From the IMG/VR virus record IMGVR_UViG_3300009838_000020: a stretch of DNA of 20,000 bases; one strand, given 5' to 3'. The stretch comes from an uncultured virus (IMG/VR IMGVR_UViG_3300009838_000020) (lineage: Duplodnaviria > Heunggongvirae > Uroviricota > Caudoviricetes). Every line of letters starts with the position of its first letter. The stretch's first letter is position 1. The translations under genes were made by a program, and so were the position numbers. Shown here piece by piece: positions 16,671 through 20,000 of the stretch. The notes below the pieces were generated by a model. That model did not search any database. It was not told where the DNA came from and saw only the letters and a program-made list of their open reading frames with translations.

Positions 16671-16918
16671 ATTTGTGTATTTTTTAATTTGTCTGGGACG
16701 CTGACTCCCCAGAATCGATAAAATGCTTCTATTATGATTTCTTTTTCTGGGTGTTTGTATTTTTTAACTACAGCCTCCACTCCGTTGTTGATAGCTAGCA
16801 TTAGTCCTGCATGAAGCAAATGTGGCTTGATTTCTTTTTTTACCTCTCTTGGTAGTTTTTGATAGTTTATGTTTTCTCCCAAAATAACTCTAGGGTAATC
16901 AAAATCTTTCCTTTTCAT
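16667..16918 (-). CDS. Hypothetical protein
   Basis: 83-aa ORF starting 2 nt after the lipoprotein stop. Confidence 0.65.
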   Translation of the reverse strand: MKRKDFDYPRVILGENINYQKLPREVKKEIKPHLLHAGLMLAINNGVEAVVKKYKHPEKEIIIEAFYRFWGVSVPDKLKNTQI

Positions 16919-16920
16919 GG

Positions 16921-17238
16921 CTAATCAATTGTAAAGAGTCCATAATTTAATTCTCCCGACCGAACATTTAAAACGCTTTCGTCTGTCGTTTTTAAAATTT
17001 TGTACTCTACATTTTGATGTACCAAATAAATGGAATTATAATCAATTGTGAAAGTGCTGGTGGTGAAATTTACTCCCTCTATGTTTATCGTTACCGTCTG
17101 ATTGTTGTTAATAACAATAAAGTTGGTTTCAAAATAGTCTGAGGTGTAAGTCCCTGTGTTGAAATTTGTTTTTTCAATCGTTTCGGCAGTACAGCTTGAC
17201 AGCAATACTACGCAAAAAATAAATAGTAGTTTTTTCAT
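16921..17238 (-). CDS. Putative lipoprotein
   Basis: Signal peptide MKKLLFIFCVVLLSS-C with lipobox; beta-rich mature region. Confidence 0.75.
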   Translation of the reverse strand: MKKLLFIFCVVLLSSCTAETIEKTNFNTGTYTSDYFETNFIVINNNQTVTINIEGVNFTTSTFTIDYNSIYLVHQNVEYKILKTTDESVLNVRSGELNYGLFTID

Positions 17239-17244
17239 TTTGTT

Positions 17245-17751
17245 TTATATTTTAGTTGATAATTCCGAAAAGACATCAATAATTGTACTGTTGTACATTG
17301 TGGTCTTGTCGTTTATTGTATTGTGTATTTTGTAGTTTTTAGTTATACCGTTTACCTCTGTAACAATTACAATATCACCTTTATCCAAGTCGTCTGAAAT
17401 CTTTGCCTTCATTCTTAAAACGTCTGAAAACATATATTTTGGTTCTTGTAGACTGTTTGCTTTCCAAACCCTTTGGTTTTTGATTTTTGTCAGCTCCACA
17501 AAACCTATTAAATCCTGCAACCAAAACATGAAATTTACATCAACATAAGGAACTACTTTTTTTATTTTTAGTAGATTAATAACCATGTGGTGTGTGTCTA
17601 GTTCTTTTTGAATTACAATCTCAATAGCTGAAAAAACCTCCTCTTTTAAACCAGATAAAAACTTTTTATTTAATGCAACTTTACCAAATTTCTCTGCAAT
17701 AAATTTTGTTTGGTTTGGTCTTAGTTTGAATATGTCTTCTATGGTATCCAT
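17245..17751 (-). CDS. Hypothetical protein
   Basis: 168-aa ORF in operon arrangement. Confidence 0.7.
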   Translation of the reverse strand: MDTIEDIFKLRPNQTKFIAEKFGKVALNKKFLSGLKEEVFSAIEIVIQKELDTHHMVINLLKIKKVVPYVDVNFMFWLQDLIGFVELTKIKNQRVWKANSLQEPKYMFSDVLRMKAKISDDLDKGDIVIVTEVNGITKNYKIHNTINDKTTMYNSTIIDVFSELSTKI

Positions 17752-17754
17752 GAC

Positions 17755-18255
17755 TTATTTTATATCCATGAATAATGTTTCACCCAAAACGTAATAATCT
17801 ACTAAATTGTCTGAACAAAATTTCGGTGTGTTTGTAAGCTTTTGACCGTCCCAAACTTCTTTGAAGGTTGTTTGAGAAATAAAGCCCTGTTTAAATAAAA
17901 TTGTTGTAAAAACATCAAATGTAACTTCTTTGATTTTTTCTTCATTACAACGACCCTGTATGTACCATAAAGTCATTACTGCGTCGCCTGCTGTTTGTAG
18001 TAAACATGAAAGCATAAGAAGCACACTTTGCTCTTTTATTTCTATGTTGTGTAGGTTAAGTCTTTTTTCTATTAATCTCCACGTAAAAGGCTTCTCTTCT
18101 TCTGGAACGTTTATTGTGTTGTGTGAAACAGCTATCTTAAAAAAAACTTTAGTTTCCTCTTGTGTGAGCTGTCTAAATTTTGAATTTTTTAGTGGCTCAT
18201 AAACATGTTTCTCAATAGCGTCTTTTTTGTCATAAATTTTTTTGTAGTCTAACAT
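17755..18255 (-). CDS. Hypothetical protein
   Basis: 166-aa ORF directly downstream of a good promoter match. Confidence 0.7.
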   Translation of the reverse strand: MLDYKKIYDKKDAIEKHVYEPLKNSKFRQLTQEETKVFFKIAVSHNTINVPEEEKPFTWRLIEKRLNLHNIEIKEQSVLLMLSCLLQTAGDAVMTLWYIQGRCNEEKIKEVTFDVFTTILFKQGFISQTTFKEVWDGQKLTNTPKFCSDNLVDYYVLGETLFMDIK

Positions 18256-18282
18256 TTTTTTGTTGTTTTTAAGTTTCTAACA

Positions 18283-18312
18283 CAAATATATTAATATTTT
18301 TTTAAATACAAA
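18283..18312 (-). promoter_or_regulatory. Bacteroidota sigma70-type promoter
   Basis: Minus strand TTTG-N18-TATATTTG, 27 nt upstream of ATG 18255. Confidence 0.7.
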
Positions 18313-18354
18313 ATATTATTGTTGTTTTTTGACGGCATCTATTTTTTTCTATAC

Positions 18355-18379
18355 AAAAAAAAAGGGCGGAAGCCCTTTT
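18355..18379 (-). terminator. Intrinsic terminator after the DUF932 gene
   Basis: Minus strand AAAAGGGC-TTCC-GCCC-T9, 22 nt after the stop codon. Confidence 0.78.
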
Positions 18380-18401
18380 CTGTTTTTTGGTTTTTGAAAA
18401 T

Positions 18402-19256
18402 TTAAACCAGTTGCATATTGATAATATTAAAAGCGTTTTGGTTTTTGGTGTACCCGCTTCCAATCATTACATTTTCAGCCTGTTTTTTTGGCTCTGCATC
18501 GTCGTGGTTGGTTTTCCAAGTTACTGCATTAAATAGTCCCCACATTGTTTCTCCGTGACTGGCTAACTCATTTTTTAAGATATTGTCAAATCTTTTCATT
18601 TCGTTAGATTTTCGTGTTGAAAAATCTTTGAGGTCTTTTTGGAAATCTTCACTTTTCAATTTGAACAAATCAGCAACAACTAGCTCAATTGCTTTTTTTG
18701 TAATCTTGGTGTCCGCCATTTTTTGAAATCTGTCCATCAAACCGCTTTCTATTCTCAACATTTCGTTTATCTGGAGCTGTGTTTGTCTAATTCTTTCGGA
18801 CGCTGTTAGCGAGTGTCTAAATTTAGAAACGTCTTTCATTGCCATGTAAAAAGTGTTTTGGCAACTAACAACTGTATTGCTCATTCCGAAGCCTGTAGAC
18901 GAAGAACCGTCGTGGCTGTTTAAAATAGTAACATACCTTTTTAAAGTGTCGTTACCGACTATCTGGTCGTTTATTTTAGCTTGATAATAAGTCTTGCGAC
19001 CGTTTTGAAATGTTCCGCCTGAATAATTTTGACTAATTTGATTGCTTGCTTCAATAACGGTTTCAGCCATTTGATGATTTTGAAAAATAGCATACTGTTT
19101 GCCAACTGTTCCTAACCAGTCGTTAGTGTCGTTTCTAAAAATTCCAAAAGAATCTGTTTTCAAACCGTCTTTTGTTACTAGCTCTTCTTTTCTAACCGTG
19201 TAGTTCGTTTTGGTTTTTTCTAATAATTCCAAAGTCGCTGTCTGTACTGTTTGCAT
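18402..19256 (-). CDS. DUF932/DUF945-family phage/plasmid protein (TIGR03299-like)
   Basis: RNDTNDWLGTVGKQYAIFQN, LNSHDGSSS, VVSCQNT, KFRHS, GETMWGLFNAVT. Confidence 0.85.
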   Translation of the reverse strand: MQTVQTATLELLEKTKTNYTVRKEELVTKDGLKTDSFGIFRNDTNDWLGTVGKQYAIFQNHQMAETVIEASNQISQNYSGGTFQNGRKTYYQAKINDQIVGNDTLKRYVTILNSHDGSSSTGFGMSNTVVSCQNTFYMAMKDVSKFRHSLTASERIRQTQLQINEMLRIESGLMDRFQKMADTKITKKAIELVVADLFKLKSEDFQKDLKDFSTRKSNEMKRFDNILKNELASHGETMWGLFNAVTWKTNHDDAEPKKQAENVMIGSGYTKNQNAFNIINMQLV

Positions 19257-19281
19257 GATGTTAATGTTTTTAAGTTATACG

Positions 19282-19314
19282 CAAATATACAAATATTATT
19301 TGTTAGGATACAAA
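19282..19314 (-). promoter_or_regulatory. Bacteroidota sigma70-type promoter
   Basis: Minus strand TTTG-N21-TATATTTG, 25 nt upstream of ATG 19256. Confidence 0.72.
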
Positions 19315-19408
19315 TTATTTTAGTATTTTTTTATATTTTTTTTTAAAATATTGATTTACAGATATTTATAAAATTTCATGGTAACAAAAAAAAAGTTTGT
19401 TTTTTTTT

Positions 19409-19638
19409 CTATGTACATATTTTTTTTTGCAACTTATTGATTTAGTGTTAGTTACAAAATCCTATGTACATATTTTTTTTTACTCGAAAATCCTATGTAC
19501 ATATTTTTTTTTTCAACTTATTGATTTAGTGTTAGTTACAAAATCCTATGTACATATTTTTTTTCTATGTACATATTTTTTTTTGCAACTTATTGATTTA
19601 GTGTGAGTTACAAAATCCTATGTACATATTTTTTTTTT
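19409..19638. repeat. Composite direct-repeat array: 6x CTATGTACATA+T tract, interleaved with 3x CAACTTATTGATTTAGTGT(T/G)AGTTACAAAATC
   Basis: The palindrome TATGTACATA starts at 19410, 19463, 19494, 19547, 19566 and 19619. The second element starts at about 19430, 19514 and 19586. Confidence 0.92.
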
Positions 19639-20000
19639 ATTTTAATTTCTGGAGGCTACAAAAACACAAAAAACACAATTTTGAAAAACTTATTTTAAGC
19701 GATTTAAGAAACTTTTTTTTATTTTACAGTAACAAACACGTAAAACAAAAGAAAAGCTCGCAGAACGAAAAAAAAGTGGCAAATTTTTGATTTCAATTAG
19801 TTTTTTTAGGTTTAAAAAACATCGGACGTGATTTTTTTGAGTTTTTTCAAAAAGGGGTGTAGAATTGTCTTTTCGTCGGGTTTTTATATATTATATATCT
19901 TATTTATAGGATATTACATATATTAAAGGGGTCGGTGATTAATTTAAGGGCTTGGGCTTTTTTTTATTTAGACTCTTACACTCTCTCCCTCCCTTTCGCT

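Noticed and set aside
19397..19606. 69-aa plus-strand ORF
   Set aside because: It is only the translation of the repeat array, with a TTG start and Phe runs from T tracts.
19409..19638. CRISPR array
   Set aside because: Intervening sequences are near-identical copies or very short rather than unique spacers, the period is irregular, and there are no cas genes in the window.
1..20000. Alternative genetic code, tRNA/rRNA genes, IS elements
   Set aside because: Genes tile densely under the standard code with TAA, TAG and TGA all used as stops; no tRNA cloverleaf, rRNA or transposase was recognised.

Overview
AT-rich, densely coded window with all credible genes on the minus strand. It is most consistent with part of a large phage (or phage-like element) of a Bacteroidota host, given TAnnTTTG promoters, A-rich leaders without Shine-Dalgarno sites, and DUF932, Phg_2220_C and DUF3127-like genes. 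No capsid, terminase or integrase gene is in the window, so this is an inference. In transcription order (right to left): (1) a non-coding region with six phased TATGTACATA palindromes plus T tracts (candidate origin); (2) a DUF932 gene and small early-type genes, including a lipoprotein and an ORF interrupted at an A7 slippery run; (3) a regulation/replication block (two HTH proteins, Phg_2220_C initiator-like protein, possible loader, OB-fold SSB-like protein) running directly into a seven-gene glycan-modification cluster (GT2, RgpF-like, minimal DegT aminotransferase, PglD/NeuD acetyltransferase, methyltransferase, GT2, GT4); (4) after a terminator, a tightly coupled operon: small membrane protein, 1227-aa polyvalent protein, two Pro-rich/acidic proteins, a MoxR-type AAA+ ATPase and a vWA-like partner that runs off the window. 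The polyvalent protein contains a Nudix domain, four diverged tandem domains and an ADP-ribosyltransferase, punctuated by [FYH]xxGG motifs. Operon 4 is the best candidate for an undescribed system. Family calls come from motif recognition by eye; no searches were run.
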